Positions 19,343 through 30,303 of a stretch of DNA of 64,000 nucleotides are shown in pieces (position 1 is the stretch's first letter; every line of letters starts with the position of its first letter). Below the pieces are notes generated by a model. That model was not told the origin of the DNA and made no database searches. It saw nothing but the letters and a program-made list of their open reading frames with translations. The DNA is from Ignavibacteriales bacterium (GTDB lineage: Bacteria > Bacteroidota > Ignavibacteria > Ignavibacteriales > DAOSCP01). The DNA is taken from contig DAOSVM010000005.1 of assembly GCA_035379625.1 (NCBI GenBank), positions 29,833-93,832 of the forward strand, in the 5' to 3' direction. The translations under genes were made by a program, and so were the position numbers.

Positions 19343-21839
19343 AATTATTCGTATCCGTACTATTATGAATAATCTCGTCGTTTTGGCTTTCTTCCGTGAT
19401 ATCTATAAAAGTAAGTTCTTCAGCATTTTCTATGTAATCTACTTTAATAACGGCATTTTCTTTAAAGTGACCTAAAAGAATTTCTTCAGCTAAAGGATCT
19501 TGTACATATTTTTGTAAAGCTCTTTTTAATGGTCTTGCGCCATATTTTGGATCATAACCTTTGGTTACAATGAACTCTTTAGCTTTTTCAGTTAAGAAAA
19601 TTTCTTTTTTGGATTCTTTAATATTTTCAAATAATTCTTTGAGTTCGACATCAATAATTTTCATTATATCATCTTTTGTTAAAGAACGGAATACAATTGT
19701 ATCGTCGATTCTATTTAAGAACTCAGGATTAAAGAGGCGACGCATAGCTTCTTCAACAGTATCCTTTAAATTTTTATAATCATCGGTTTGAGATGGTGGT
19801 ACAAAGCCATAGGATTGACCTTGGGCTCTAATATCTTTGGTACCAACGTTGGACGTCATAATTATAATTGTATTTTTGAAATCAACTTTTCTACCCAGAC
19901 TATCTGTAAGCTGACCATCATCAAGAACTTGAAGCAATATATTGAAAACATCAGGATGAGCTTTTTCAATTTCATCAAATAGAACAACAGAATAAGGTTT
20001 TCTACGTACTTTTTCGGTTAATTGTCCACCTTCTTCATATCCTACGTATCCAGGAGGAGAACCAATTAATTTAGATACAGAATGTTTTTCCATGTATTCA
20101 GACATATCGATGCGGATTAAAGCATCTTCGGAATCAAAGAGATATTTAGCAAGAACTTTAGTAAGTTCAGTTTTACCAACACCAGTTGGGCCTAAGAAAA
20201 TAAAACTTCCGATTGGACGTTTTGGATTTTTTAATCCTGCTCTTGCTCTTCTAATAGCTCGAACGAGTTTGTCGATTGCTTCATCTTGTCCAACGATATG
20301 TTCTTTAAGGATATCAGCCATTTTAAGTAATTTTTGACCTTCTTCTTCAGCTACTCGTTTAACAGGAATACCTGTAATCATTGCAACGACTTCGGCAATA
20401 TCTTCTTCTGTAACTTCGTAAATTTGATTTTGTGATTGTTCTTCCCATTCTTGTTTAGCTTTTTCTAAATCTGTAAGTAAAGCTCTTTCAATATCTCTAA
20501 GTCTAGCAGCTTCTTCGTAATCTTGTTTTTTAACGACTTGTATTTTTTGTTGTTTTACTTCTTCAATTTTATTTTCAATATCTAAAATGTATTGAGGAAC
20601 TTTAAAGTTATGCATATGAACACGTGCGCCGGCTTCGTCGATAACGTCAATAGCTTTATCTGGCAAAAATCTATCTGATATATACCTTACACTTAAATTA
20701 ACTGCTGCATCAAGTGCTTCAGGGGTATATTTTACATGATGATGCTCTTCATATTTATAAGCGATATTTTTTAAAATTGTTAAAGTTTCTGCAGGAGTAG
20801 GGGGATCAATTATTATTTTTTGAAAACGTCTATCAAGAGCGCCATCTGTTTCAATATATTTTTTATATTCATCTAAAGTTGTAGCACCAATGCATTGGAT
20901 ATCGCCACGAGCTAAAGCAGGTTTAAAAATGTTTGATGCATCTAAGGTACCTGATGTACTTCCTGCCCCTACTAATGTATGTAACTCATCGATAAATAAT
21001 ATTACATCTTTAGCTTTTTCAAGTTCATTCATCAATGCTTTCATTCTTTCTTCGAATTGGCCTCGATACTTTGTACCAGCAACTAGACCTGCTAAATCCA
21101 ATGTAACTAATCTTTTATCATATAGTACTCGAGGTACTTTTTTTTGTATAATTCTTAGAGCTAAACCTTCTGCTATAGCGGTTTTTCCCACTCCTGGTTC
21201 TCCTATAAGAACAGGATTGTTTTTCTTCCTTCTACTTAATACTTGAGCAACTCTTTCAATTTCTTTATCTCTACCTATAACAGGATCTAATTTATCTTCT
21301 AAAGCTAATTTAGTTAAATCACGCCCGAAATTATCAAGAACAGGTGTTTTAATTTTTTCAGTTTTTTTAGGTTCTACAGGTTTGGAAGAAAATGATTGAG
21401 AAGATGGTTTATTGATTCTATTTATTTCATCATTTACATTTGAATAATTAACATTAAATTGACTTAATATTTGTGTTGTTTTACATTCCTCATCTTTTAA
21501 AATTGCTAATAATAGATGTTCTGAGGATACAACATCAGAAGATTTGAATTTAGCTTCAATATTAGCAAGTTTTAATGCTTTTTCTGCCTCTTTATTTAAT
21601 GGCATGCTTCCTATACTTAAAATACCGGGATTATATCTTACGGAATCTTCAAGAATATGTTTTAACCTTGGCATATCATCAACTAAAGATGCTAAAATCT
21701 TATAAGCAGTTGATGAATGTAAGGTGAGCATAGCCAAGAGGAAATGAGTTGGAGAAATGTAATCATTTCCAAGTCTATAGGCTTCTTCTCTAGCTAATCT
21801 TACAATATTTTGGAAATTATCAGAATAATTTTGTTCCAT
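19341..21839 (-). CDS. clpC: ATP-dependent Clp protease ATP-binding subunit ClpC
   Basis: Clp_N repeats at the N-terminus. Two AAA+ modules (GEPGVGKTA, GPTGVGKTE). A UVR motif (QDYEEAARLRDIERAL) lies between them. Confidence 0.92.
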   Translation of the reverse strand: MEQNYSDNFQNIVRLAREEAYRLGNDYISPTHFLLAMLTLHSSTAYKILASLVDDMPRLKHILEDSVRYNPGILSIGSMPLNKEAEKALKLANIEAKFKSSDVVSSEHLLLAILKDEECKTTQILSQFNVNYSNVNDEINRINKPSSQSFSSKPVEPKKTEKIKTPVLDNFGRDLTKLALEDKLDPVIGRDKEIERVAQVLSRRKKNNPVLIGEPGVGKTAIAEGLALRIIQKKVPRVLYDKRLVTLDLAGLVAGTKYRGQFEERMKALMNELEKAKDVILFIDELHTLVGAGSTSGTLDASNIFKPALARGDIQCIGATTLDEYKKYIETDGALDRRFQKIIIDPPTPAETLTILKNIAYKYEEHHHVKYTPEALDAAVNLSVRYISDRFLPDKAIDVIDEAGARVHMHNFKVPQYILDIENKIEEVKQQKIQVVKKQDYEEAARLRDIERALLTDLEKAKQEWEEQSQNQIYEVTEEDIAEVVAMITGIPVKRVAEEEGQKLLKMADILKEHIVGQDEAIDKLVRAIRRARAGLKNPKRPIGSFIFLGPTGVGKTELTKVLAKYLFDSEDALIRIDMSEYMEKHSVSKLIGSPPGYVGYEEGGQLTEKVRRKPYSVVLFDEIEKAHPDVFNILLQVLDDGQLTDSLGRKVDFKNTIIIMTSNVGTKDIRAQGQSYGFVPPSQTDDYKNLKDTVEEAMRRLFNPEFLNRIDDTIVFRSLTKDDIMKIIDVELKELFENIKESKKEIFLTEKAKEFIVTKGYDPKYGARPLKRALQKYVQDPLAEEILLGHFKENAVIKVDYIENAEELTFIDITEESQNDEIIHNSTDTNN

Positions 21840-21927
21840 TTTTTAATTACCTTTTCTTTTACTAACAATAAATATACTAAAAATGTTCAAATAATCAATG
21901 TTAAATGTGAACTATGATGAATTCTAT

Positions 21928-21960
21928 AAAAAAATTGAGACGTAAGAAATTACGCCTCAA
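21928..21960 (-). terminator. rho-independent terminator after dnaK
   Basis: Minus strand: ttgaggcgtaa-tttc-ttacgtctcaa followed by ttttttt. Confidence 0.75.
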
Positions 21961-21970
21961 TTTTAATTTG

Positions 21971-23866
21971 TTATTTGTCATCTTCGACAGTATATTGAGT
22001 AGTTTCAGGGCCGCTACTGTCTGGATTTGGATTATTATTAGGTGCTGCTTCTGCAGGATTTGCTTGTCCACTTTGATACATTCTAGTTGAAACTTCTGAC
22101 CATAATTTTTGTAAGTTTTCAGTCTCAACTTTCATAGCATCAAAGTTATTAGATTTAATAGCTTCTTCTAATTTATTAGCTTGTTGTTCAAGTTTTTGCT
22201 TATCATCAGCACTTATTTTATCACCAAATTCGGTAATTTGTTTTTTAGTACTGAATACAAGATTATCAGCATTATTTCGAATTTCAGCTTGTTCTTTCTT
22301 TCTTTTATCTTCTTCGGCGTGAGCTTGAGCTTCTTTTTTCATTTTTTCAACTTCTTCTTTGTTCAAGCCGCTTGAAGAAGTAATTCTAATGCTTTGTTCT
22401 TTACCTGTAGCTTTATCTTTTGCAGAAACGTGTAAAATACCGTTAGCGTCAATATCAAATGTAACTTCAATTTGAGGAACGCCTCTTGGAGCTGGTGGAA
22501 TACCATCAAGATGGAATCTACCTAGTGTTCTGTTATCAGCTGCCATGGGTCGTTCACCTTGTAAAACATGAATTTCAACACTTGGTTGATTATCTGATGC
22601 AGTTGAGAAAATTTCAGATTTCTTTGTTGGAATTGTAGTATTAGCCGGAATCATTACTGTCATTACACCGCCAAGTGTTTCGATACCTAAAGATAATGGA
22701 GTTACATCGAGCAATAATACATCTTTAACTTCACCAGCTAAAACACCACCTTGAATTGCAGCACCAATTGTGACAACTTCATCTGGATTTACGCCTTTAT
22801 GAGGTTCTTTTTTAAAAATTCTCTTTACTAATTCTTGTACTTTAGGGACACGAGTTGAACCACCAACTAAAATGACTTCATCAATTTGGTCTGCTGTTAC
22901 ACCTGCATCTTTCAATGCTTTTTCACAAGGAATAGCTGTTCTTTCTACAAGATCATCAATTAATTGTTCGAATTTAGCTCGTGTAATAGTTAAATTTAAG
23001 TGTTTAGGACCATTAGCATCAGCTGTTATAAATGGTAAATTTACTTCTGTTTGCATGCTAGCTGATAATTCGATTTTAGCTTTTTCAGCTGCTTCTTTAA
23101 GTCTTTGTAATGCCATTGGATCTTTTCTGATATCGATACCTTCTTGCTTTTGGAATTCATCAGCAATGTAATCAATTAATCTTTGGTCGAAATCATCACC
23201 ACCTAAATGAGTATCACCATTTGTTGATTTTACTTCAAATACACCTTCACCAATTTGAAGAATTGAAATATCAAATGTACCACCACCTAAGTCATATACA
23301 GCAACAAGTTGTTCTTTATTCTTTTTATCCAAACCATAAGCCAAAGCTGCAGCGGTTGGTTCATTTATAATTCTTCTTACTGTCAATCCTGCAATTTCTC
23401 CAGCATCTTTTGTAGCTTGTCTTTGGGCATCATTGAAGTAAGCTGGAACTGTAATAACAGCTTCTGTAACTTCTTCACCAAGATAATCTTCGGCTGTTTT
23501 TTTCATTTTTTGTAAAATCATTGCTGAAATTTCTGGTGGTGAATATAATTTCCCTCCAATATCTACTCTTGCAGAATTATTATCACCTGCTACAACTTTA
23601 TATGGGACTTTTTTAATTTCTTCAGTTACTTCATCCATTCTACGTCCCATAAATCTTTTAATTGAATAAATTGTATTGTGCGGATTAGTTACTGCTTGTC
23701 TTTTAGCAGGTTGCCCTACTAATCTATCACCATTTTTTGTAAAAGCTACAACTGATGGTGTAGTTCTTCCGCCTTCTGAATTTGCAATTACAACGGGCTC
23801 ATTGCCGATCATTACAGCTACGCATGAGTTGGTTGTTCCTAAGTCAATTCCTATTATTTTACCCAT
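21971..23866 (-). CDS. dnaK: molecular chaperone DnaK (Hsp70)
   Basis: [21 protein letters not shown] and [13 protein letters not shown] are canonical Hsp70 signatures. Confidence 0.97.
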   Translation of the reverse strand: MGKIIGIDLGTTNSCVAVMIGNEPVVIANSEGGRTTPSVVAFTKNGDRLVGQPAKRQAVTNPHNTIYSIKRFMGRRMDEVTEEIKKVPYKVVAGDNNSARVDIGGKLYSPPEISAMILQKMKKTAEDYLGEEVTEAVITVPAYFNDAQRQATKDAGEIAGLTVRRIINEPTAAALAYGLDKKNKEQLVAVYDLGGGTFDISILQIGEGVFEVKSTNGDTHLGGDDFDQRLIDYIADEFQKQEGIDIRKDPMALQRLKEAAEKAKIELSASMQTEVNLPFITADANGPKHLNLTITRAKFEQLIDDLVERTAIPCEKALKDAGVTADQIDEVILVGGSTRVPKVQELVKRIFKKEPHKGVNPDEVVTIGAAIQGGVLAGEVKDVLLLDVTPLSLGIETLGGVMTVMIPANTTIPTKKSEIFSTASDNQPSVEIHVLQGERPMAADNRTLGRFHLDGIPPAPRGVPQIEVTFDIDANGILHVSAKDKATGKEQSIRITSSSGLNKEEVEKMKKEAQAHAEEDKRKKEQAEIRNNADNLVFSTKKQITEFGDKISADDKQKLEQQANKLEEAIKSNNFDAMKVETENLQKLWSEVSTRMYQSGQANPAEAAPNNNPNPDSSGPETTQYTVEDDK

Positions 23867-23985
23867 ATTTTTCTCCTTATTGAATAATTATGTTTCCAAA
23901 AATATATAAATATATGAAAACAAAAAAGTTGTTAATAAAATTTAATATTCATTCTGTAGATATTACAGTAAATATGACAAATTTT

Positions 23986-24016
23986 CATAAAAATAGGTGC
24001 ACATGGTGCACCTATT
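23986..24016 (-). terminator. rho-independent terminator after the hsp20 pair
   Basis: Minus strand: ataggtgca-ccatg-tgcacctat followed by ttttat. Confidence 0.7.
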
Positions 24017-24021
24017 TGAAT

Positions 24022-24450
24022 TTACTTAATTTCTATTTGTTTTGCAGCTGGTTTTTCAGGTTCTTTCTTTTGCATTGTAATTGTAAGTACACCATTTTCG
24101 TAATTAGCTTCAATTGTGTCTGTTAAGACATCATCACCGAGGTTAAAGCTTCTTGTAAACGCTCCTTCAACTCGTTCAGATAAATAATATTTCTTATCTT
24201 TTTCTGTTTTTTCAAATCTTTTTTCACCTTGGATTGTGAGAACATTATTATCAAGAGTTACTTTAATATCATCTTTTTTGAAACCAGGAACTTCAATCTC
24301 GAAGTTTAATTTTCCATCTTTTTCATAAACATCGATTGATGGATATAATTTTGTTGTTGAAGGAGCTGCAAAGACATCAGTTACATAACGTTCAAATTCT
24401 TTAATAGCATTTTCAAATTCTTTGAACGGATTATACTTTACTAATGCCAT
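24022..24450 (-). CDS. Hsp20/alpha-crystallin small heat-shock protein
   Basis: Alpha-crystallin domain: ...IEVPGFKKDDIKVTLDNNVLTIQGEK...GAFTRSFNL...ANYENGVLTI. Confidence 0.9.
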   Translation of the reverse strand: MALVKYNPFKEFENAIKEFERYVTDVFAAPSTTKLYPSIDVYEKDGKLNFEIEVPGFKKDDIKVTLDNNVLTIQGEKRFEKTEKDKKYYLSERVEGAFTRSFNLGDDVLTDTIEANYENGVLTITMQKKEPEKPAAKQIEIK

Positions 24451-24474
24451 AGCGCACCTCCATATTTTTAATTA

Positions 24475-24897
24475 TTATTTTATTTCTATTTGTTTTACTT
24501 CTGGTTTAACAGGTTCTATTTTGTTTAATGTTATTGTCAAAACTCCGTTTTCAAAACTAGCTGAAATATTTTCTTTGTCAATTGTTTCATCAAGTGTAAA
24601 GCTTCTTGAGAATGAACCACTCATTCTTTCGCTAAAGTAATACTTCCTATCTTTCTTTTCAGTTTCTAATTTCTTTTCTCCCGAAATTGTTAACATGTTT
24701 TCTTCTAAGGTTATTTTTACATCGTCCTTTTTGAAACCAGGTATTTCTACTTCTAAGATTATTTTGTTATCTTCTTCATAAGCATCAACTTTTACTAAAT
24801 GATTATAATTTACATTGTTTCTTGTTTGTACATCATTTAGTAAATTATCGAATTCTTTGAATAAAGATAACACTGGATTAAATCTTACTAATGTCAT
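24475..24897 (-). CDS. Hsp20/alpha-crystallin small heat-shock protein (second copy)
   Basis: Paralogue of the gene above (VEIPGFKKDDVKITLEENMLTISGEK...GSFSRSFTL...ASFENGVLTI). I start at MTLVRFNP (ATG 24897), which is preceded by GGAGGG. The longer ORF to 25110 adds an implausible Cys/Ile-rich extension. Confidence 0.88.
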   Translation of the reverse strand: MTLVRFNPVLSLFKEFDNLLNDVQTRNNVNYNHLVKVDAYEEDNKIILEVEIPGFKKDDVKITLEENMLTISGEKKLETEKKDRKYYFSERMSGSFSRSFTLDETIDKENISASFENGVLTITLNKIEPVKPEVKQIEIK

Positions 24898-25232
24898 GGC
24901 ACCCTCCAAATTTTTAATTTTGTTATTTAATTTCGCCAATAATAATACAACTACCGTGCCAAAAGTTGCAATATCTTTACAACTAATTGATGAACAATGA
25001 GTTATAAAAATTACAATAAAAATAACACATAATTGGTTACATGTCGTACAATATGACAAAATGATATATATTAAGACAAAAAAGCAAAAAATATGATAAA
25101 AATAATGCACTCTCTAATTGTCAATAACTTGAAAATATTTTTGTTAGAGCTATTGACTTTTATAAATTACCTTAATAAATTGATTTTAAGGTCTACAATT
25201 ATTGAGCGAATTATAAAAAAACAGGAGGTATT

Positions 25233-25820
25233 ATGGCAGCTAAAAAAATTTTGATGCTTGTAGGAGACTTCGTAGAAGATTACGAAGCTATGGTCCCTTA
25301 CCAAATCTTAACAATGGTAGGGCATACAGTTCATACTGTTTGTCCTGGTAAAAAGAAAGGTGAAACAGTGAAAACAGCAGTTCACGATTTTATAGGTGAC
25401 CAAACATATGTCGAATTACAAGGCCATCGTTTTTTAATCAATGCAGATTTTGATACCATTAATGAAAAAGAATATGATGCTTTAGTAATTCCTGGCGGTA
25501 GAGCACCTGAATATTTAAGACTAAATCCGCGAGTTATTGAAATTACAAAACACTTTGCAGATTCTAAAAAGCCGATTGCTGCAATTTGTCACGGTCCGCA
25601 AATATTAGCAGCAGCTGGAGTTTTAAAAGGTAGAAATGTAATTTCTTATCCAGCTGTTGGTCCAGAATGCAAAATTGCAGGAGCTAATTTTGGTGAAGTT
25701 TCTCCAAATGCAGATAATGCTCTTACAGATGATAACATAGTTACTGCTCCAGCTTGGCCAGCACATCCAGAATGGATGAGACAATTCTTAAAAATACTTG
25801 GTAGCAAAATTGAACCTTAA
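25233..25820 (+). CDS. DJ-1/PfpI family protein (PfpI-type intracellular protease/glyoxalase-like)
   Basis: DALVIPGGRAPE and the nucleophile elbow AAICHGPQIL. The gene is preceded by AGGAGG. Confidence 0.88.
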   Translation: MAAKKILMLVGDFVEDYEAMVPYQILTMVGHTVHTVCPGKKKGETVKTAVHDFIGDQTYVELQGHRFLINADFDTINEKEYDALVIPGGRAPEYLRLNPRVIEITKHFADSKKPIAAICHGPQILAAAGVLKGRNVISYPAVGPECKIAGANFGEVSPNADNALTDDNIVTAPAWPAHPEWMRQFLKILGSKIEP

Positions 25821-25821
25821 T

Positions 25822-25851
25822 AAAAAAAGGCTGCAGTAGCAGCCTTTTTTT
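25822..25851. terminator. bidirectional terminator
   Basis: aaaaaaaggctgc-agta-gcagccttttttt. Confidence 0.8.
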
Positions 25852-26566
25852 ACGCAACCGAAACTCCGAAAATATATCCCACAATGGCAGAAAGAACCAT
25901 TGATAAAGTACCAAGAATTAAAATTCTTATTGTTGCTTTTTTTATATCTGCTCCGCCAGTTTTTGCTGAAACTGCTCCTAAAAGAATTAAAGAAATAATT
26001 GCAAATAAATAAATTGCATAAATCATATATTGAATTGGTGTAAACAATGTTACCAAAAGTGGTAAAATACCACCGGCGATAAAGGACGCTCCAGATGATA
26101 AAGCTGCTTGTAAAGCATTAGCTTGATGAATTTCATTAATCCCCAACTCATCTCTTACGTGAGCGGCAAGCGCATCGTGTTCGGTTAACTCCTTTGCTAC
26201 CTGCATAGCGGTCTCTTTTTTCAATCCGCGTCTTTCATATATTTGTGCTAATATCTTCAACTCCACTTCTGGATTTTCTTTCAATTCTTGTGCTTCTCTT
26301 TCAATATCAGATTTCTCAATATCTTCCTGCGAGCTAACTGAAACGTATTCTCCTGCGGCCATAGATAATGAGCCAGCTACTAATCCAGCTAACGTTGAAA
26401 GAACAATATGATCTCTTATATTTGTAGCACTTGCAACTCCAATTGCCAAACTTGCAATTGAAATTATACCATCATTTGCTCCTAAAACTGCTGCTCTAAC
26501 CCAATTGCTTTTATGTACATAATGAACATCCAAATAATTGTCAATTGTTAACATATTTAGCCCCAA
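25850..26566 (-). CDS. VIT1/CCC1-family iron/manganese transporter
   Basis: RAAVLGANDGIISIASLAIGVA, an acidic cytosolic helix region, and C-terminal transmembrane helices. This is the typical VIT family layout. Confidence 0.85.
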   Translation of the reverse strand: MGLNMLTIDNYLDVHYVHKSNWVRAAVLGANDGIISIASLAIGVASATNIRDHIVLSTLAGLVAGSLSMAAGEYVSVSSQEDIEKSDIEREAQELKENPEVELKILAQIYERRGLKKETAMQVAKELTEHDALAAHVRDELGINEIHQANALQAALSSGASFIAGGILPLLVTLFTPIQYMIYAIYLFAIISLILLGAVSAKTGGADIKKATIRILILGTLSMVLSAIVGYIFGVSVA

Positions 26567-26573
26567 TTAGTTA

Positions 26574-26777
26574 TTATTTTTTCGATGGGAAGCCTAAAAT
26601 TACTCCCATAACCATTCCGTATAAAGTTGAGTTATACCATTTTGATGTTATTGGACAACTTCCACTTTGGCATCCAATAAAATAGTAATACAGATATCCA
26701 AATGTAGCACCTAAAATAGCAAAAACAACAACTCTAAGATATTTATTTTTTTTGAATAATTCAAAAAAACGTTTCAT
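26574..26777 (-). CDS. small membrane protein with CxxxxC motif (hypothetical)
   Basis: 67 aa with two predicted transmembrane segments flanking GCQSGSCPITS. It lies just downstream of a thioredoxin-fold gene on the same strand. Confidence 0.5.
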   Translation of the reverse strand: MKRFFELFKKNKYLRVVVFAILGATFGYLYYYFIGCQSGSCPITSKWYNSTLYGMVMGVILGFPSKK

Positions 26778-26828
26778 AAAATTGATACCCTTGGTTTATT
26801 AAAATTATATTCACTAAATCAAATAAAA

Positions 26829-27230
26829 TTAATTTGCTTGATAAAGGTTTAATAATTTTTCTTTACTATTGATACCTATCAAATATTGCTTTACTTCGTT
26901 ATTTTCATTAAGTATTATCGATGGAACAGCCTTAATCTTAAAAAAATTTGCCAAATCGAAATCCTTCGTTGCATCAATTGATTCAATATTAATATTTTCC
27001 TTTTTTAGCTCTTCAACTATAGGAGTTTGTGTTTTGCAAACTGAACAACTTGGATTATAAAAATACAAGTAAATTTTTTTGTTGTTTAATTTTTTTGCAA
27101 AATCTGGTTTGAATTTATCTAAATTAATTTTATGACCGATTAATTTTTTGCTTTTTCGTATGATAAACCATTGAAATAAATAAAAAATAGCGATAACTGT
27201 TATTGCAATTATTAAGATTGTTTTTAACAT
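26829..27230 (-). CDS. membrane-anchored thioredoxin-fold protein
   Basis: N-terminal transmembrane helix. CxxC active site NPSCSVCK. The KAVPS pattern resembles the thioredoxin-fold cis-Pro loop. Confidence 0.7.
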   Translation of the reverse strand: MLKTILIIAITVIAIFYLFQWFIIRKSKKLIGHKINLDKFKPDFAKKLNNKKIYLYFYNPSCSVCKTQTPIVEELKKENINIESIDATKDFDLANFFKIKAVPSIILNENNEVKQYLIGINSKEKLLNLYQAN

Positions 27231-27284
27231 AATTTTCTCTTTTTTTTTTAAGATGAATTTTCAAATTAATTGTTACATTAAAAA

Positions 27285-27319
27285 CAAAAAAAAGAACCGT
27301 TAAGGTTCTTTTTTTTTTA
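27285..27319. terminator. bidirectional terminator
   Basis: aaaaaaaagaacc-gttaa-ggttctttttttttt. Confidence 0.8.
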
Positions 27320-27324
27320 TGTTT

Positions 27325-29361
27325 TTATATGTTGAGTAAATCTTTCATAAGGTTTTCGTACATATCGAAAGTAAGTGCTTGTGGCCCATCGGAAAGAGCT
27401 TTTTCAGGCTCTGGATGTATTTCAACTATAATTCCATCGGCGCCAACAGCTTTAGCAGCTTTAGCAAGTGGTACAACTAAATTTCTATGTTTTGCACTGT
27501 GAGATGGATCAACAATTACAGGTAAATGTGTAAGTTCTTTCAAAATTGGTACTGCTGCGATATCCAAAGTGTTGCGTGTTGCAGTTTCAAAAGTTCTAAT
27601 TCCACGTTCACACAATACCACTTGCTGGTTACCTTGTGCTAAAATGTATTCTGCGGCTTGCAAAAGTTCTTCAATAGAAGACATCATTCCGCGTTTTAAT
27701 AAAACTGGAACGTTAGTTTTACCAACTTCTTTTAATAATGCAAAGTTAGCCATATTTCTTGCGCCAATTTGTAACATATCACAACCGCCACGAATTATTG
27801 GTTCAACATCTTCTGGGGCAAGAACTTCTGTTACAATTGGCATACCAAAAGTATTTCCTGCTTCTTTCATCATTTTTAAACCTTCAAAACCAAGCCCTTG
27901 GAAACTATATGGAGAAGTTCTTGGTTTGAAACAACCACCACGTAGAATAACACCACCGTATTCTTTAACCTCTTTTGCAGTCACCATAATTTGATCATAT
28001 GATTCAACTGCACAAGGTCCGGCCATAACAACAAAATTTCCATCACCAATTTTTATATTCTTAACAGTAACAACCGTATTTTCTGGTTTATATGCACGAC
28101 TTGCTAATTTATAACCGCTTGGAGTTTTAGGTTTTTCTTTATTTTCTCTTAATTCAACTTTTGGTTCTGATTTTATTTCTTTTGTTTCAGTATCAATATT
28201 TACTGGTACTGTTACTAGTCGTTCAATATCATAGGCTGGATATGACCCGAGTATTTTCAAAAACCTTGTAACTTTCCTTAATTCGTCAATAGCTGTAGCA
28301 ACATCTGGATCATCCATATTTCCTTCAAAATCGATATAAAATAATTCTTCCCAAGGATTTCCAATAATTGGACGGGATTGAATTTTGGTCATATTTAAAT
28401 TATGCTCTTTGAAAATAGAAAGTGCATCAACAAGAGCACCTGGTTTTTGCTCTGTTGCTAATACTAAACTTGTTTTACAAGGGATTCTTAAATCAACTTT
28501 TTGTGCATTTCGCGCAATTACTAAAAATCTCGTGTAATTTTCAGATTGGTTTGCTATGTTTTTCCTTAAAATTGTCATTTCATAAATCTGAGCAGCTTCT
28601 TCACTTGCAATTGCGGCATAATTTTTATTATTTTCATTTTTTATTTTGTGAACAGCCAATGCTGTATCTTCATAATATTCAATTTTTACATCAGGGAATG
28701 ATTGTAAAAAATTGCTACATTGCATAATTGCTTGTGGATGCGAATAAATCTTTTCGATTTTGTTTAATGGAATATCTTCAATAGCAATCAAACAATGTTC
28801 TACTTTAACTTTTACTTCTCCAACAATTGAAATTTGAGCGTGCGATAAAACATCGTAAACTTCATTGATGCTACCTGATGTTGTATTTTCAATTGGTAAA
28901 ACTCCATAATCAACTTGACCTTCTTCAACAGCTGTTACAACATCTTTAAAGGTGGATTTGGAGAGGAAGGAAAGGCGAGCATCGTTGTGAATAAAAAACT
29001 TTTTACTTGCTTTGTGACTGTATGAGCCTTCTACTCCCTGTATTGCAATGCGTATTATTTCCAAATCATCTAATTCAGGATTTGCAGTTTGTTGCAAATA
29101 ATATTGTTGAATTCTTAATGAATCTTCTATTATTTCATTAAATATTTGAGTTATAAAATATGAATCTATACCTAATTCTTTCCCTTTTTTAATCAATCTG
29201 AATAGTAATTCTTCTTCACGTTTTTTATCTCTTACTTGTGCGCCTTCTAAATTTTTAACTTTAACAATTTCTTGGCTCAAACTCCTTCTTTCTGCCAATA
29301 ATGATAATAATTGCTCATCTATTTGATTAATTTTTTCACGTATTTTGTTTTTATCCTGCAT
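27325..29361 (-). CDS. pheA: fused chorismate mutase / prephenate dehydratase (ACT) / DAHP synthase (type I-beta, AroF/KDO8PS-like)
   Basis: N-terminal CM_2 helix ([23 protein letters not shown]). PDT domain ([12 protein letters not shown]...[10 protein letters not shown]). ACT domain ([18 protein letters not shown]...SRP). C-terminal DAHPS ([10 protein letters not shown]...[13 protein letters not shown]...VDPSH). Confidence 0.85.
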   Translation of the reverse strand: MQDKNKIREKINQIDEQLLSLLAERRSLSQEIVKVKNLEGAQVRDKKREEELLFRLIKKGKELGIDSYFITQIFNEIIEDSLRIQQYYLQQTANPELDDLEIIRIAIQGVEGSYSHKASKKFFIHNDARLSFLSKSTFKDVVTAVEEGQVDYGVLPIENTTSGSINEVYDVLSHAQISIVGEVKVKVEHCLIAIEDIPLNKIEKIYSHPQAIMQCSNFLQSFPDVKIEYYEDTALAVHKIKNENNKNYAAIASEEAAQIYEMTILRKNIANQSENYTRFLVIARNAQKVDLRIPCKTSLVLATEQKPGALVDALSIFKEHNLNMTKIQSRPIIGNPWEELFYIDFEGNMDDPDVATAIDELRKVTRFLKILGSYPAYDIERLVTVPVNIDTETKEIKSEPKVELRENKEKPKTPSGYKLASRAYKPENTVVTVKNIKIGDGNFVVMAGPCAVESYDQIMVTAKEVKEYGGVILRGGCFKPRTSPYSFQGLGFEGLKMMKEAGNTFGMPIVTEVLAPEDVEPIIRGGCDMLQIGARNMANFALLKEVGKTNVPVLLKRGMMSSIEELLQAAEYILAQGNQQVVLCERGIRTFETATRNTLDIAAVPILKELTHLPVIVDPSHSAKHRNLVVPLAKAAKAVGADGIIVEIHPEPEKALSDGPQALTFDMYENLMKDLLNI

Positions 29362-29533
29362 ATTTTCTCCTATTTTATGAACTTTTTAATATAAAATTTT
29401 ATATTAAAAATGCAAGTACAAATTTTAAAAAAATGTTAATAATATATTATAGTTATGTAAATAAATTCATATGCTTGTTTTAAAAAGTCTCTTTTTTTTG
29501 TATTTTTAAAAGTTTAATTATTAAATATAATTT

Positions 29534-30301
29534 ATGATAAAATTAGACCAAGTTTCATTCAAATATAATGAGTCAACAGAATATATAATAAAAAAACTTT
29601 CTATTGAATTTAATTCTGGTGATTTTGTTGGTATTGTTGGGCCAAATGGTTCAGGTAAAACAACACTTATAAAAATAATTGCCAATTTACTTTTGCCTCA
29701 AGAAGGTAATTGTTTATTGAATAAAAAAAAATATAATTCTTACAAAAATCAAGAGTTTTACAAGTTAGTTTCTTATGTTCCACAAAATATATCTGTAACT
29801 TATCCTTTTACAGTTTATGAGTTGGTAATGATGGGGAGAGCTCCAAATTTAAGTAGCTATGGAATACCTAAGGATATAGATGTTCAGATAGTAGAAGAAA
29901 AATTAAAAATAATGGATATTTGGAATTTAAGAAATAAAACGATTGATAAATTATCAGGTGGTGAACTCCAGAGAGTATTGATTGCAAGAGCTTTAGCACA
30001 AAATACAGATGTTATACTTTTAGATGAGCCAAGCTCATTTTTAGATTATCGCCACCAAGTTGAAATTTTTAAAGTACTTATTGAATTAAACAAAGCTGGA
30101 AAAATTATTGTCTTAATATCTCACGATTTGAATTTGCTTTCTTGTTATGCTGATAAATTAGCCGTGATAAAAAACGGAGAATTAAAATATTTTGATAAAG
30201 TGCAGAATATTCTTACCAAGAATATTTTAAATGATATTTATGAAACAGAGTTTGAAATTTATAGCCATAATAATAAAAAAATAATAACATTAGCTGTTTA
30301 A
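29534..30301 (+). CDS. ABC transporter ATP-binding protein (FecE/FepC-like)
   Basis: Walker A GPNGSGKTT, signature LSGGELQR, Walker B ILLDEPSSFLD. Confidence 0.85.
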   Translation: MIKLDQVSFKYNESTEYIIKKLSIEFNSGDFVGIVGPNGSGKTTLIKIIANLLLPQEGNCLLNKKKYNSYKNQEFYKLVSYVPQNISVTYPFTVYELVMMGRAPNLSSYGIPKDIDVQIVEEKLKIMDIWNLRNKTIDKLSGGELQRVLIARALAQNTDVILLDEPSSFLDYRHQVEIFKVLIELNKAGKIIVLISHDLNLLSCYADKLAVIKNGELKYFDKVQNILTKNILNDIYETEFEIYSHNNKKIITLAV

Positions 30302-30303
30302 AT

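Noticed and set aside
24898-25110. N-terminal 71-aa extension of the second hsp20 ORF.
   Set aside because: The extension is Cys/Ile/Phe-rich nonsense with no homology to its paralogue. The internal ATG at 24897 has a GGAGGG RBS and aligns with the paralogue's start.
23867-25232. Search for a CIRCE operator (TTAGCACTC-N9-GAGTGCTAA) or a sigma-32-type promoter upstream of dnaK and the hsp20 pair.
   Set aside because: No match beyond trivial fragments (for example gcactctc at about 25108, and CTTGAAA at about 25126 without a CCCCAT -10).
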